Origin: the human T2T-CHM13v2.0 reference genome, Homo sapiens
Length of the DNA stretch: 64,000 nt
Direction: 5' to 3' (one strand)
Assembly: GCF_009914755.1 (NCBI RefSeq)
Contig: NC_060931.1
The translations under genes were made by a program, and so were the position numbers. The notes under the pieces were generated by a model. The model had not been told where the DNA came from. It saw nothing but the letters and a program-made list of their open reading frames with translations, and ran no database searches. Positions within the stretch are counted from its first letter, which is position 1. Every line of letters begins with the position of its first letter. Of the stretch, positions 13,675-27,187 are shown piece after piece.

Positions 13675-14843
13675 AATAATAAGCATTTACCAGTAATTTA
13701 TATAAAAAGCAGGAATCAATCTCTAATATAATTTGCCTGTGATAAAAATACATCTAAAATCCCTATTGCTGGTGGCTTGCATAGAGAGACGGATAGAAAA
13801 AAACAAAAGAAAGACTGGTTGAGAGAGACAAATGTGGAAGAGAAGGTAAGATAGAAAAAGAGGGAGAGGGAGTAAGGGAAGGAAGAATGTGGATTAAGTT
13901 TAGTTAGTAGTACAAACATCGTAGACCACATTTTCCACAGTCATTTATGAGCTAGGGGTTAGTGAGGACAAGTTATCCTTTTATTTCACGGCTAATCACC
14001 ATCAAGAAAGGGAGAACCTTTGGGAATATTTTAATTGGGAAAGTAGCATACAGTTATACATGGGTTTGTTAATGCCCATAATTGTTTTCCAGAAAGAAAT
14101 AGATACATACATATTTTTTACTTTGTTTGATACATTAAATATAAATCCTGTGCCTTACACAAGGACTGACTGAATTTCAATTTGTCCTGGGTTAGAAATT
14201 AGAAAGAAGACTCATAGAACACTGAATAGACCCAGTTTACTTAAAGTACACAAATGAAGTAATGTAGCATTTATCCAAACAGTAATTGCATCAGGAGTCT
14301 TTGCAACATCTCAGATGTAGCTTCTTGGCCCCCTGCCTCAGGAGAAGTGCTGTATTGCAAGAGCTGAAATTAAAACAAGCTAATGTAGATAACTCAAATT
14401 TAGGAAAGCAGCCTGTATAATTTTGCACTTAAATCTTATACTGTTTCAAGTAATCTCTCTTGGAGGATATGCCAATTGAGTATAGCTACAATCTACCAAT
14501 CAGAGGTTTAATCATGAATAATTTTGGTACCTGAGTACAATCTGCTTGATACAGCATGAACAAAGAATGCTATGTTTATTTTAACTTAGTACTTGTTAGA
14601 AGGCAGAATTGCAAAAAAATATGGAGTCATGTTGCCAGATCTCCGTGGATTTGGCATAAGAGCAGATCAAATGAACAAAATATTGAAGTCCAAATTTTTT
14701 TAAATATTTAAGCATTATCTACAAATTTTATGTATTAGAAAACTTTAATTGAGGAATACTTTATAGGAGGTCTGCAATATATTACTAGAAGTGAAGCTAA
14801 AAGGGTAACAAATCAAACTTGTCAAGATCATTCATTGATTCTT

Positions 14844-15142
14844 TTTTTTTTTTTTTTTTTTGAGATGGAGTTTCGCTCTTGTTGCCTAGGCTGGAGTGCA
14901 ATGGCGTGATCTTGGCTCACCGTAACCTCCGCTCCTGGGTTCAAGTGATTCTCCTGCCTCAGCCTCCCGAGTAGCTGGGATTACAGGCATGTTCCACCAC
15001 GCCTGGATAATTTGTACTTTTAGTAGAGACAGGGTTTCTCCATGTTGGTCAGGCTGGTCTCAAACTCCCTGCCTCAAGTGATCCACCTGCCTCGGCCTCC
15101 CAAAGTGTTGGGATTATAGGCATGAGCCACCGCACCTGGCTC
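14844..15142 (-). mobile_element. AluSp/Sq
   Basis: tttcgctcttgttgcc and caatggc diagnostics. 15-bp TSD cat(t/c)cattgattctt. Confidence 0.95.
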
Positions 15143-15914
15143 CATCCATTGATTCTTGATCAGGATTTAGCATTAGGATTACTTTCCTTTGAAGATGCAA
15201 AACACTTGCCATCAGGCTGAGATTCATTTTAATAGTTAAACTTATTAAAATGTAATGTAGGTACCACTTTCAGATCCCAAACAGGGTCTGACAATAAGTG
15301 CTCAATAAATAAACAAATATTTGTTAAGTTAATTAATTTGTTAATTAGTTTTTTAGAGCATTCATGTTTTTTAATTTTGGAAACCTACTTTGAGTCCCCA
15401 AATGTATAGCATTGATTCAAAATCTTGTTTTACAAGCATTACAAAATCCAGTGCCCCAAAATCATGATATGTTGACCTGTTCTGCCAGTATCATTAAAAA
15501 TGTATGCATCCCTCATCAGTATGTTATGACAATTAATATCATTGAGAAAATTAATGTCCTAGGCGATGAGGACTTGTATCTTCACTATCAGTTCTCCTTT
15601 TTTAAGACATTGGCTAAAGAAACACATTGATCATAATATGTAAACATTTATTTTTTTCTATTTGGTCACTGTTTGTGACAACCAATGCTTATTAACTGTT
15701 GGACCCAGTACAATCTGTCACATGTAACTGATATTACCAGAACTCATCAGGTTCTTCTTTTCCCTGGTATAGTTATGATAGCTTCTAAAACAACTAATGT
15801 TATAGTCAGTTGCCAGCATTTGCTGGTTCCTGCCTTTACCCTGTCTTTCTTATTTTTGTATCACAGTTACTTCTATTTTTTATTATCAAGTATGAGGAGG
15901 TACAAGTCATAGTG

Positions 15915-16310
15915 GGTAAGTTGGCTACGTAATAACCCTCAAACCTTAAAGGAGTAGCAATGTAAATGTTTATTATTCATTTATGTCAAAAAACAAATAG
16001 TCCCCAAAAGTAGGAAGAAAAGGTTAAAATTTGTGCAGTCATTCAGAGACACAGGATGACTGAAGCTTGGCCATCTGTAATACATGGCTTCAAATTCAAA
16101 ATGGTGACACCCAGTCAAAAGAACGGGGAAATAAATTGAAGCACAGCTCTTAACTGCCTCACATCAGAAGCGACATATCACTTGTGCTCAGAATTCATTG
16201 GTGGGAATAAGTCATATGACCCCGGGTAATCAAAAGGGTTACAAAACATATTTTCACAGTGCCCAAGAAAAGGAAAAAGTTTGAGGATCATCTGGTCAGT
16301 ATCTGACATT
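15915..16310 (-). mobile_element. Old MLT1 (J/K/L-like) LTR relic
   Basis: cagtcattcagagacacagg...cattggtgggaataagtcatatgacc motifs. Confidence 0.5.
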
Positions 16311-18034
16311 AATTTCACATAAACGTGTGGATGTTACAGATTTGTTCATTTATCATCATCATCCTCATCATCCTGATACAAAAATTGCCATGATATTTCC
16401 ATTGTGAACTCTCATAAAGTTTCCTGAAAGGATGCTAAGTCTAAAAAAATTATTTTATTCCAGGCAATATAAAGATATTGGAGATTCTTCCTGCTTTTTT
16501 ATTTACCAAAGACAGCAATGTAACTAAGCTCTTGCTTCATTTTAAATAGTAGTAAAATTCAACATAAGGGCACTAGGGATACGCATGGGCCAAAATTGCT
16601 GCAGCTACTGGGTCAATTTTAGCAGTGACATAATGGAAGGGATCTATATTTAAGATGACCGAAAATTTATTTTTCGATTTAATATATATTCCTGTACTTT
16701 TTGTATTTCTTTTTTTACTAATAGGGTTTTATTAGCAAACTAAGGCTTTTTTGTGACATTGACAACAGTTACTTTGAACATGAGTTAAAGCCCTGTCAGG
16801 CTCCATTGAGAGGCTAATCAGAGTTTTCCACGTGAGTGATGTTTAGGTCCAGTCACTTGTGACTGTAATCAGAAAGCTGGTCTGACTTCTGTGACAGCCG
16901 AATTGTGTCAAAATTGTCTTAAATATATACTATATTCTCTTACAGGTAGAATTTAACTTATTGTTTGCTTTCACAAATAGTTATAATACTCTAAAACTTT
17001 ATGTAACTAAGTTTTGGGTTTCCTTTTACCCTTCACACTTTAAAGAGAAAACCATCATCACTTATTTTTATTACTGAAGCCTAAAATTCTAAAAGTCATT
17101 TTGTGTGTTTCATTTGCTGGGCTTTTTCTATTCCCAAATTCATTCATATGCAGAATTACCCATGATATTCTGGAGAAAACAGGATGTCATTCTCTAAATG
17201 AAACACTTGGAAGGAGGATTATTTCTATTTCAAGCCTCCAGTTTATTTTAATTTATTTGCTGATGGAGCCAAGATCTGCAAGGAACAGTTCCACATTCTC
17301 ATGCTGATTCTAAGTGCAAAAATCTACATCATGACCTTTGTATTAACAGACACAATATATCTTTAAAAATAGAGCATTCTAGCTGTATGTGCCAAGGCCC
17401 TAGTAGATTCAAATCTAAGCAGACATTACTACAGAAAAGCTTCAGTCTTGAGAAGAGCAGCTTTCACACAAGTGAATGAGAATTTAAAGAAAAAAAAAAG
17501 AACAAAAAAAGAAGAAAGAATACTGGGCTTAAAATACATTGTCAGAGTAGCAGCATCCAAAATACAGTGAAAATATATGCCTCAACTTAAGCAGTTTTTG
17601 TCTGTCACTCATTTCATGGTTTATAATCACACTCAAGGGAATAATATCAAGGCGATACTTCTGTTTCCTCAGAATCCATTTCTCCCAGGTGCTCTACTCT
17701 ATCTCCATGAGTAATCTTCTGCTTGGCACTAAAGGGAGACTGAGTCTGCTACTCACACTGGCTTGTGCTGGCTCCTAGATGTTGTCAAATCAGTGACTTA
17801 ATGTACATTCTCTCTGCTTATGTTCACTCTTCACACTCTTCTAAGACCACAGAACAAGATAAATAACCACCAACATATTTGGAGTAAGCTATATGATGTA
17901 AAAATAATTGAATAGCAGGTGTTTTGTTAATACATAGGTTGTCACTGATTAATATATCCTTGGAGGTGAACATAATTATTTCAAAGAGGGGACTGTTGAA
18001 ATCATTAAGCATGTGGTCTCTGGGGGACCAGACA

Positions 18035-18066
18035 GGCTCTTAAAGGAACTGGCTCTTAAAGGAACT
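18035..18066. repeat. Perfect 16-bp tandem duplication
   Basis: ggctcttaaaggaact x2. Confidence 0.95.
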
Positions 18067-18129
18067 ATTTCCTCAGAGGGTGGGGTAATAGATCCTAATT
18101 ACAGCATCAATTAACAGTGTACAGCATTG

Positions 18130-18310
18130 CATGGTTTACTTCAGGTGACTTATTTAATACATCAACCTTGTGAGTTAGATGCCATCAGTATTATCTATAG
18201 TTTTCAGCTGAAGAAATGAAGGTTTGCAGAATTTAAGTGATTTAACCTGTTTTAGAGTTAGTATGTACCAGAGTCATCATTTTATAAAACTCTGATCCCA
18301 AATCTTATGT
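18130..18310 (-). mobile_element. MIR
   Basis: tttcagctgaagaaatgaaggtttgcagaatttaagtga antisense core. Confidence 0.65.
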
Positions 18311-18332
18311 TTTTATCTTTTTTCTAATATGC

Positions 18333-18590
18333 TAGTGATTTTCAGATTGTATTCTGCATTGATATGGGTCTCTGAAAAGAAACTTCAGGGGCCACTATAA
18401 GGAGCAAGTAGAGACTCAAAGCAAATATGAATTCAGCGCCATCCCTCCCTATATCCATCAAAGCAACTCCGTTTTTATTGGTTGTTTAAACTGGGATTTT
18501 ATGTAAGATTACATTTAAACATTAAAAAAAATAGTTCCAGTAACAAGTCAACAAAAACAGCAAGATTTTAGTACAAAACATTGTGCTACA
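18333..18590 (+). mobile_element. MER103C-like hAT DNA transposon relic
   Basis: tagtgattttcagattgt...cttcaggggccac...gcaactccgtttttattggttgt...gtaagattacattt. Confidence 0.55.
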
Positions 18591-18694
18591 TCTTCTTTCT
18601 TTTTCCAAACAGAGACTGCTCAAAGTGATTCCTCAGTAAATAAATTTAGTCTATCAAGTTTACCTAGGAAAACACAGAGAGGGTTAAGATCGAG

Positions 18695-18805
18695 TTTTTG
18701 TTTGTTTGTTTGTTTTTAAGAGACAGGGTCTCACTCTGTCACCCAGGCTGGAGCGCAGTGGTGCAATCATAGCTCACCGCAACCTCGAACCCCTGGGCTC
18801 AAGCA
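18695..18805 (-). mobile_element. 5'-truncated AluJ fragment with (TTTG)n tail
   Basis: agacagggtctcactctgtcacccaggctgg...gggctcaagc. Degenerate aagatc.. TSD. Confidence 0.85.
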
Positions 18806-20349
18806 AAGATCAGGATTTTTTTTAAGGATAGTATATTCAGGTATATTTTTTTCGGTGCTAATTTTGTTTAAAGATGAAGTTCTTGCGTCGTTGGTTTAAC
18901 AAATGTCCTAGTTATTAATGCCTATGGGGAATCTGCACAGTGTCTCTTCTATGAGAAGATAGATCCCTTTATGACAAGACCCCAGTTCTTGGTCATAGAT
19001 GATTGAATTAAGGTTGACATCTAACCCAAGTTGGGCCAATTTTATTACCTCCCCAAATAAAAAAATTGATTGGTACAGCAGGTTAAACCTGGAAGCTGAG
19101 TCACCTTTATAGTGTAACTTCACAAACTACAGAATTGTCCAGCTTTCTGCTCATTCTGAAGCCTTTGATTTTTGATACTTCTTCCTTTGATTCTTTGACA
19201 TTGCTTGTTAGCTCAAGGTTTTGTTTTCCTTTTTTTTGCAACCAAAAATATGTTACCTAAGAAAGCAGTAATTTTAAAAACTAATTGGAAGCAGTTGTGT
19301 TCTGGAATTCAGAGGTATTTCCCTTTATTTTTATTCTTTCTTATTAATGAATTGAAGAAAATTAGTTAATTCCTATTATACTTTATAATGTTTTTTAAAT
19401 CTGTCAATAAATAAGATAATTTTCTGAATTTATTTCTAGTATATTTTATAACATATGAATATAGGTAAATTTTTATCTCTATTAAGTCTATTAAATAAAT
19501 CAATAGGAATGTTCTTCAGATATTAAATCCAATTTCTTTTTTCTCAATTTCTACCTCTAATCCTCGAAATGTATTTTCATATTTGAGGAATCTTCACTTT
19601 TTGTATGGTTATCATTCTGCTAAAACATTTTAAAGCAGGTTAATTAATTTTGTAATATTGTCTCAAGTGTGATCATTACTGCATGTGACATTTTACCTAA
19701 GTCCATATATTAAAACAGGACTATTCTGAACTGTTCAACATGTAATGTAAAAGCCCTATTTTACATCACACTCTATTAACAGAAGTATGAAAAGTGTAAA
19801 ATGAATAACTGTATATGAAGGAAGATTTTACTGATGATGACTAAGTTTTTACAATTTTATTGTATTTCACAGTATATTATTTTATTAACCTAGAGGAAAG
19901 GAGGACACCTTGCACAACTTTTAGCCCCCATCATTATTCAATTAAATAGACTATTTGGAAAATAAAATTCTCATGGTAAACTGCTGAATTGGGTCATTCT
20001 GAAAGTCTTCTAATCTTTTTTATGGTTTTTTCTTAATAGTTATACATTATTGCCTTATGTTCCCTTGGTTCAGGTGTCCATCAATTCACAATTTATTACA
20101 ATAACCTCCCAACTGTCCTTCATATCTCTGGCTCCTTTTTTCCTTGCCATCTCAAATCCAATTCAACTTATACCCAACCCATAAATTATTCCTCATCAAC
20201 ACCAAATTTACCTTTCATCAGCTTGCTAAAAAACAAACAAACGAAACTATAAAAGTACTTTAATCCCATTTTCAGAAAACAATTTAATACTTTGGAGAGG
20301 CATGCAGTGGTCTCTGAATTGATATCATTTGGCCCAACACAAACTGCTT

Positions 20350-20520
20350 TCATAGAACCAGGCATCTTTAATACATTTTATTTTAATCCTCATAATAAAT
20401 TTGTTAAGAGCATTTAGTTATTCCTGTTTTATAGCTGAAGAAACTGAGTCCCAGAGAATTTAACTAATTTTCCTAAGTTACATAGTAGAGGCATCTGACT
20501 TTGAACCCAAGTCTGTTGGG
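20350..20520 (-). mobile_element. MIR
   Basis: ttttatagctgaagaaactgagtcccagaga...ctttgaacccaagtctg. Confidence 0.75.
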
Positions 20521-20869
20521 ATTCCATGAAATACTTCATGAAAAATAGATCCCAAGGTCAAATAACTTTAGTAAAATAAAGTATGATATATATCCATCAT
20601 GGAAATTCAAAATTTCCATTATCATTTTAAATAACGTAAGAGATATACAATTATAAGTGTATCCTAATTTGATTAATTTTGCATTTTCCAAACAAATTGG
20701 ACCTCACTACCTTTTTCATGTGTCACTAATATTATCACTAGTAGACTATTGTAGAACTATTTTCGTCTGCCTAATAAATATTATGTCTTTGTGGCTTTAC
20801 TGGGAACTTCTCCCTACTCTATGCAGCCACAGTTATACTCTCAGTTATATATCCACCCCTTCCTATCAC

Positions 20870-21213
20870 AATGATAGACACAGTACTCAGGTTGTTCAAT
20901 GAAAACACCAGATACCATGGACACAGTACATATTTAAAAACTAACAAATGATATAGCCAAAACCCATTAGAACCTTTCCTGAGCATTAGAAAAGTTACCT
21001 TTACACAGGCATCTTTATATCAAATGTGTGTAGAATAAAGCCAAACAAAGTCAAGAGATAGAATAAGTAGTTGAGATATCCTAGGTCCAACTATGTCTAC
21101 AATAAACCTTGCCCTCAAATTCGCAGACAAAAAGACCAATAAATTCTCTTTTGGACTAAGTTTATTTGAATTGAGGTTCGGTCACTTGCAACCAAAAATT
21201 GTCCTGACACATA
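20870..21213 (+). mobile_element. Old MLT1 LTR 3' part
   Basis: ccaataaattctctttt...ggtcacttgcaaccaaaa terminus. Confidence 0.55.
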
Positions 21214-21489
21214 AAAAGCCTGTGACATTTGTGTACCACACAATGTACACTGTCAAAAACTGCACAGATCTGTGCTAAAATGCATTTAATTACCTTCATA
21301 ACACTGTAGATCCCAATAAACAATTTTTTTCTAGGTTATCTCCCTTCAACTATCATTTCTTTGTGATTTAATGCACACTTAACTACTCATCAAATGACAG
21401 AGGCTTTCTTCCTTCTTGTTGTTTATCATCAAATATTTACCCATAATAAGCTTTAGTCATATTGTTATTTAGCTAGTTACTATAATCCA

Positions 21490-21880
21490 GTTGTAGGTCA
21501 GATTTCCTAGAAGCTTTGCCCTGAATGGGGATTCTTGTGCTAGCCACTTATTAAGGTACTGTGCTTAGGTGAAACATAAAAGCAAGTGAGACAAATAGAA
21601 GGGAAGAAGCTTATGAAGATGTACATGCAGATAAAATCTAGCCTCTGTCTCCTCCCATAGGGAGTTCTAGCTCAGGAATGTTTAGAGTCATCCTACACTG
21701 AAGCAAAATGTCTCCCTTTTATTTAGGTCAATTCTAAAAAGAATATAACTGCAACTGTTCCCACTAACACTCACAGAAAGTGAGAGACAGGTGCTTTCAG
21801 TCCAGAAAACGTATGCTGGCAAGGCTACAACAGAGTCAACTGCAACCTCCAGTTCCTTCCAACATGTCCTTGAAATAGTT
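21490..21880 (-). mobile_element. ERVL-class old LTR (LTR16/LTR33-like)
   Basis: ggtcagatttcctagaagc...ggattcttgtgc...ttatt start motif. Very decayed. Confidence 0.4.
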
Positions 21881-22411
21881 TTGAGAAACTGCATGGTATA
21901 ACCTAGAAAGAATTCAATTATTACAGTAAGATTGATCTAGGTTAAATTTCAGCACTGGTGCTTAATTTTTTGGTAAACTTGGACAAGTCATTTCACATCT
22001 ATTGGCCTAGGAATAAGAATACATTCCTTTCTTTGTAATGATAAAAGGTAATATATTTAAAGATTTTGCCACATAAATAGGCACTGAATGGCACACCTTA
22101 GTGATACCTTAAATTAAGCAGCTTGGTGGTTTTTAAAATCTCAGTACTAGCTAAAACAACATTTATTATTTGATATACAAAAATAATTTAAAAGTAAATT
22201 TTTACTGAGCCTCTTCTCAAGAACAACAAAATCCAACAAGGTTTACATATCTAATACCCATTAAACTGCTTTACAGTCTTCATTCTTCCTCAATCCTGAA
22301 CTGTACACCACAAGACAGCTGCTTCTAACATTTCAGTCCTTCCTCCTCTAGGCTCCCCTAAGCTACCCCACAGATCACAACCTACAAGAGGCCATCTTGA
22401 ATTTTTCCTTC

Positions 22412-22805
22412 TGTATTTGTTTACTAAGTCTGCCATAACAAAGTACCAAACAGTAGGTGGCATAAATAATAGAAACTAATTTTTTTCCCACCTTTGGGGG
22501 CTAGAAATCTGAGATCAAGGTGTTGGCAGAGTTACTTCTTCTGAGAACTCTCTCTCTCTAGCTTTTCCATGGCCATCTTCCCTCTGTGTCTTCCCATGGT
22601 CTTCCCTCTGTGTGTGTCTGTGTCCTAATCTCCTCTTCCTAAAGGGACACCAGTCATAATGAATTATGGTGACCCCTCAATGACCTCACTTTAACTTCAT
22701 CTCATGCTTTGAGGCCCTATCTCCAAATATGGTCATATTTTAAGGTACTGGGAGTTGGAACTTCAACGTATGGATTTTGGGGGGAACACAATTCAGACCA
22801 TAACA
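22412..22805 (-). mobile_element. MLT1A0-like MaLR solo LTR
   Basis: tgtatt...ctgccataacaaagtacc...cacaattcagaccataaca. TSD ccttc/ccttt. Confidence 0.88.
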
Positions 22806-24440
22806 CCTTTGCTTTTCCTGTAGCTAACACTTGCCAGACACTCTCTGTTTACTCCCGTGTATATTGTGCTAGCCTTTCTGACGTCACAATATCTGCTTGT
22901 TACTCTTTATTGTGATATGCAGAAAAATGACCCAGGAGTTAGTCTGGCAAAGGAAAATGCTCATGGGTATTTATTGGGCAGGTGAGAGGGAGCAAATATG
23001 AATGGTCATGAATTTAAAATTTTTCTGTTACATTTTATAATAAAAATAGATTTAAAATAATTTAAAAATAGATCTTGTGGAAACACATCTCATTGAGACT
23101 CAACATCAGTAGTTACCATCTTATGGGGGAGATAGGAGACACTGAAATAATTTATTTTTGGAACCTGAGAATATTAGTTGAGAAGAGTATGACTGTTTCA
23201 TCTTTTTCTCAGGTGAAGTTTTACTTTAATTATAAATCCAGAGTGGAAAAAATAGACTGAACTATTACAGAGATGGTGTTTACTCTATAAAATTTAGTTG
23301 TCTTAAAAACAGATAAAATTACCGGATAGAAAATGACTAGATCAAGATTATTTTGTTTACATACATATTATATCTTGATTGTAGAGTGCTTAGAGTTATA
23401 TTTGCCTTTAACTTTTGCCTGAAGGTAGCTTTAGAATTGGGCAGACACAGGATATCTGAGAAAGAGAGGATCTCTGACAATTTTGTAGTGGGAGCATCAG
23501 CTACTAGGTTGCCTACCAGGGAAAGAAGTCATTTGTCTGATGAGAACAGCTGTAGCCTCCAACTCAGAAGAATAGAAATCACTGTTAAAAAGAAGCACCC
23601 TAAGAATCAAAATCAAAATCAAAATAATGAGGAGATGAGAAGTAGAGACTATCAATTTATAAATGTTTAAAACTGAAAGAGAGAAAGAGAGAGAAACAAA
23701 AGACTAGCTATTAATATTTGCATTTAGGTTAACTCCCATTTTTTGTGTAAGATGTTCATCACACCTTCTGTTTATTTTATAAGCAATTTTCCAGTGTCTG
23801 CAATGATTATTGCAAAATAACCCAAAGCTTTCAATTCCCTTATTTCTTTCCAGTATAAATTTTTAAAAATGAGCTCAATAGTTCAGACCCTTCGGAACAA
23901 TCATTAACTTACCAGTCTTTTTATTTATTAATGTCCTTTTCTTATATCTTGTGCTCCCTTTTCTCCAAAGTATTTGTAAAATTCTATTCTCTTCAAGTCC
24001 TTGGCTACCATGAATTATTTCTGCCTTTTTTCTTGTACTGAGACCTACAAATAATGTAGCATGTCTTTGTTAAGTTCATTTTTTGCATTTTCAATATCAG
24101 TTTTTATTATAATAACAAGAACCATAATTAGATTTCTATAAAATTATTCTAATGATTTATAGATATAACTTGTCATCATCATCTATATAATTACATATTA
24201 TATATATGATATATATGTAATATTTCCAGGCTATTCGGAAAATATAAACACATAAGACCCATCTAATTTTTTATAGACATATATGTACATATATAAATTC
24301 ATATATAATGGTGCTTCACATGTTGCCTGTGACATTATATACTAAGACTAGCAATATATACTAGAAATATTTGACAAGATACATAATACAGAACTTATTT
24401 ATATTGTGTTACTCCCACTTAAAGTGTAGGTAATATTTAC

Positions 24441-24864
24441 TGGAGTAATAGAAAATGCTACCTAGATTTCCCTACTAGACAGCACTCCTCTGGCCGCTGG
24501 GATTATTGGCCGCTGATGGCTCTTCTCAGGAAATAATTCTCAGCTAAAAAGAATATCTTTATCCAAGGTCACATCTCCCTCCTGGAAGTCAGCATGCATC
24601 CAATGACTAATTGATGTGGAAATATAAACACCTGATGTCCTTGCCTCAAATTGGAGCAATTCTAAAACATTGTTCCATCTCTAGAGCTCCCATAGGAGCA
24701 ACTGAGACTTTTGGTGCAGCTACATCACTTTCAATTCTTTCCTCTGTCCAAGCCAGCTTCCTTTAATTCTCCACAGATGTTGACCCTGAGGGCAGCTTGA
24801 ATAAATTTTCAGCCTGCAAATCTCTGCCTCAAAATTTGTTTCCGAGGCTAACCACCATAAAACT
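24441..24864 (+). mobile_element. LTR16A 5' LTR
   Basis: catccaatgact, aatataaa TATA-like motif, agagctcccatagga, aataaa, caaatctctgcctca: collinear with LTR16A. Confidence 0.8.
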
Positions 24865-26019
24865 GTTGGTACGAGGCATGGACCAAGGAATCAGCCTCTA
24901 AAATAGGATTTTGGAACTGGACTACCTCACACCCGAGTGCAAAATAAGACTCCATTGGTTACAGACTGTTGTGAGGCATGTGTTAAATTGTACAAGTAGT
25001 GAACAGAGGTAAGATAGGTATGCAGTAGGAGGTTTGATATTTGGGTTTTTAAAAGGTTTCTTGGAAGTACATATTATAAGAACAATGGTATCCTGTTAAC
25101 TCTTGCTGAATGCCATTTATGGACTGGAAGAAGACAATAAACAGTAGGTGATTAATCACCTAAGTAAGTGTGGAAGGAGAAGTTTCCTTGGTAGCATAAA
25201 AAAAGACTTATCTTCTGCAGCCAGAGGGCAGAAAAATCCTAAGAAAGAAGCCCACGACTTAATTATAAAGAGTAGCAGAGTTCCGGGGAGGGAATACAGG
25301 GCAGATAACTCTAATGAATAAGGCCAGGACCTAATTATATGAGTAGTGAAGTTCAAGGAAGGCTTATTCTTAACCTGCTTTCAGTGCCCCTATGCCAAGC
25401 ACTGGTTGGGAAAGAGTGAGTTATTGAGAATTGGCATGGGGACACCTGTTTTGGTGCACTCAGAATCTTGAAGCTCCAGAATTCACTGAACTCTTCTGGG
25501 CCTGCAAGAGTGGCCAACTTCTTATTGTTAGAGGATAGACATATATTCTTGATGAAAGCTATGGCAGAAGCCAGTGCCTTTTAACATGTGTACCCTTTAG
25601 GATCAACCCACATGACCGATCACCAATTACTAGAACGAAATCACAACATGCCCAGGAAAGTTCTGGGCATGCTAAGGTAGGGCAGGGACTACATTTCAAA
25701 AGAGAGGCTGGACCCATAGCCATTATGTTCCAGATAGTATATGAGTCTCTATTCTAAATGTGCTGGATCAAGGGTGCTGAAACATGAGGCTGAATAAGGA
25801 AGAGGTTATTATATGCAAACATTGTCCTGTAATACAGAATATAACATTCTGGCAAGGATCTCAGGGAACAATACTAACATACTATTTTTGGAAGCATGGA
25901 GAAAGTAATGGCTCCCATTAAGTTAAGTAGAAATGCCTATGGCAGACGCCGAAAGAAAGGACCAAAGTCCTTGAAGAAGTAGCTGTGCTAGAGTGGATAT
26001 ACTACATAAGACTGAAAAA

Positions 26020-26480
<461 letters not shown>

Positions 26481-26732
26481 TTATATTCATAGAAACAATG
26501 GGGATTGCACACCCACTTTCCCCCAATAAAAGAAGCCAGGTGGAAGCATTTGACTATTAGAAGCAAGTAGAGTTATAATTATCCTAATGAGAGACAAGGT
26601 TGAAGTAGAAGACAAGAAGGCCTTACTACAAACAAGCATATATGTGGTTAATAGAGCATAGTGTCCCTCAGGTCAAGAAGGTTGGATAGCCAATGAGGTT
26701 ATTGTTTGATTTATACAATCAAAAGAGAAAGA

Positions 26733-27187
<455 letters not shown>

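Noticed and set aside
23353-23670. 105-aa ORF with NQNQNQ
   Set aside because: Non-ATG start, a (AATCAA)n microsatellite explains the repeat, and there is no recognisable homology.
24170-24310. AT-rich palindromic/cruciform element
   Set aside because: Low-complexity TA-rich sequence with no long perfect stem.
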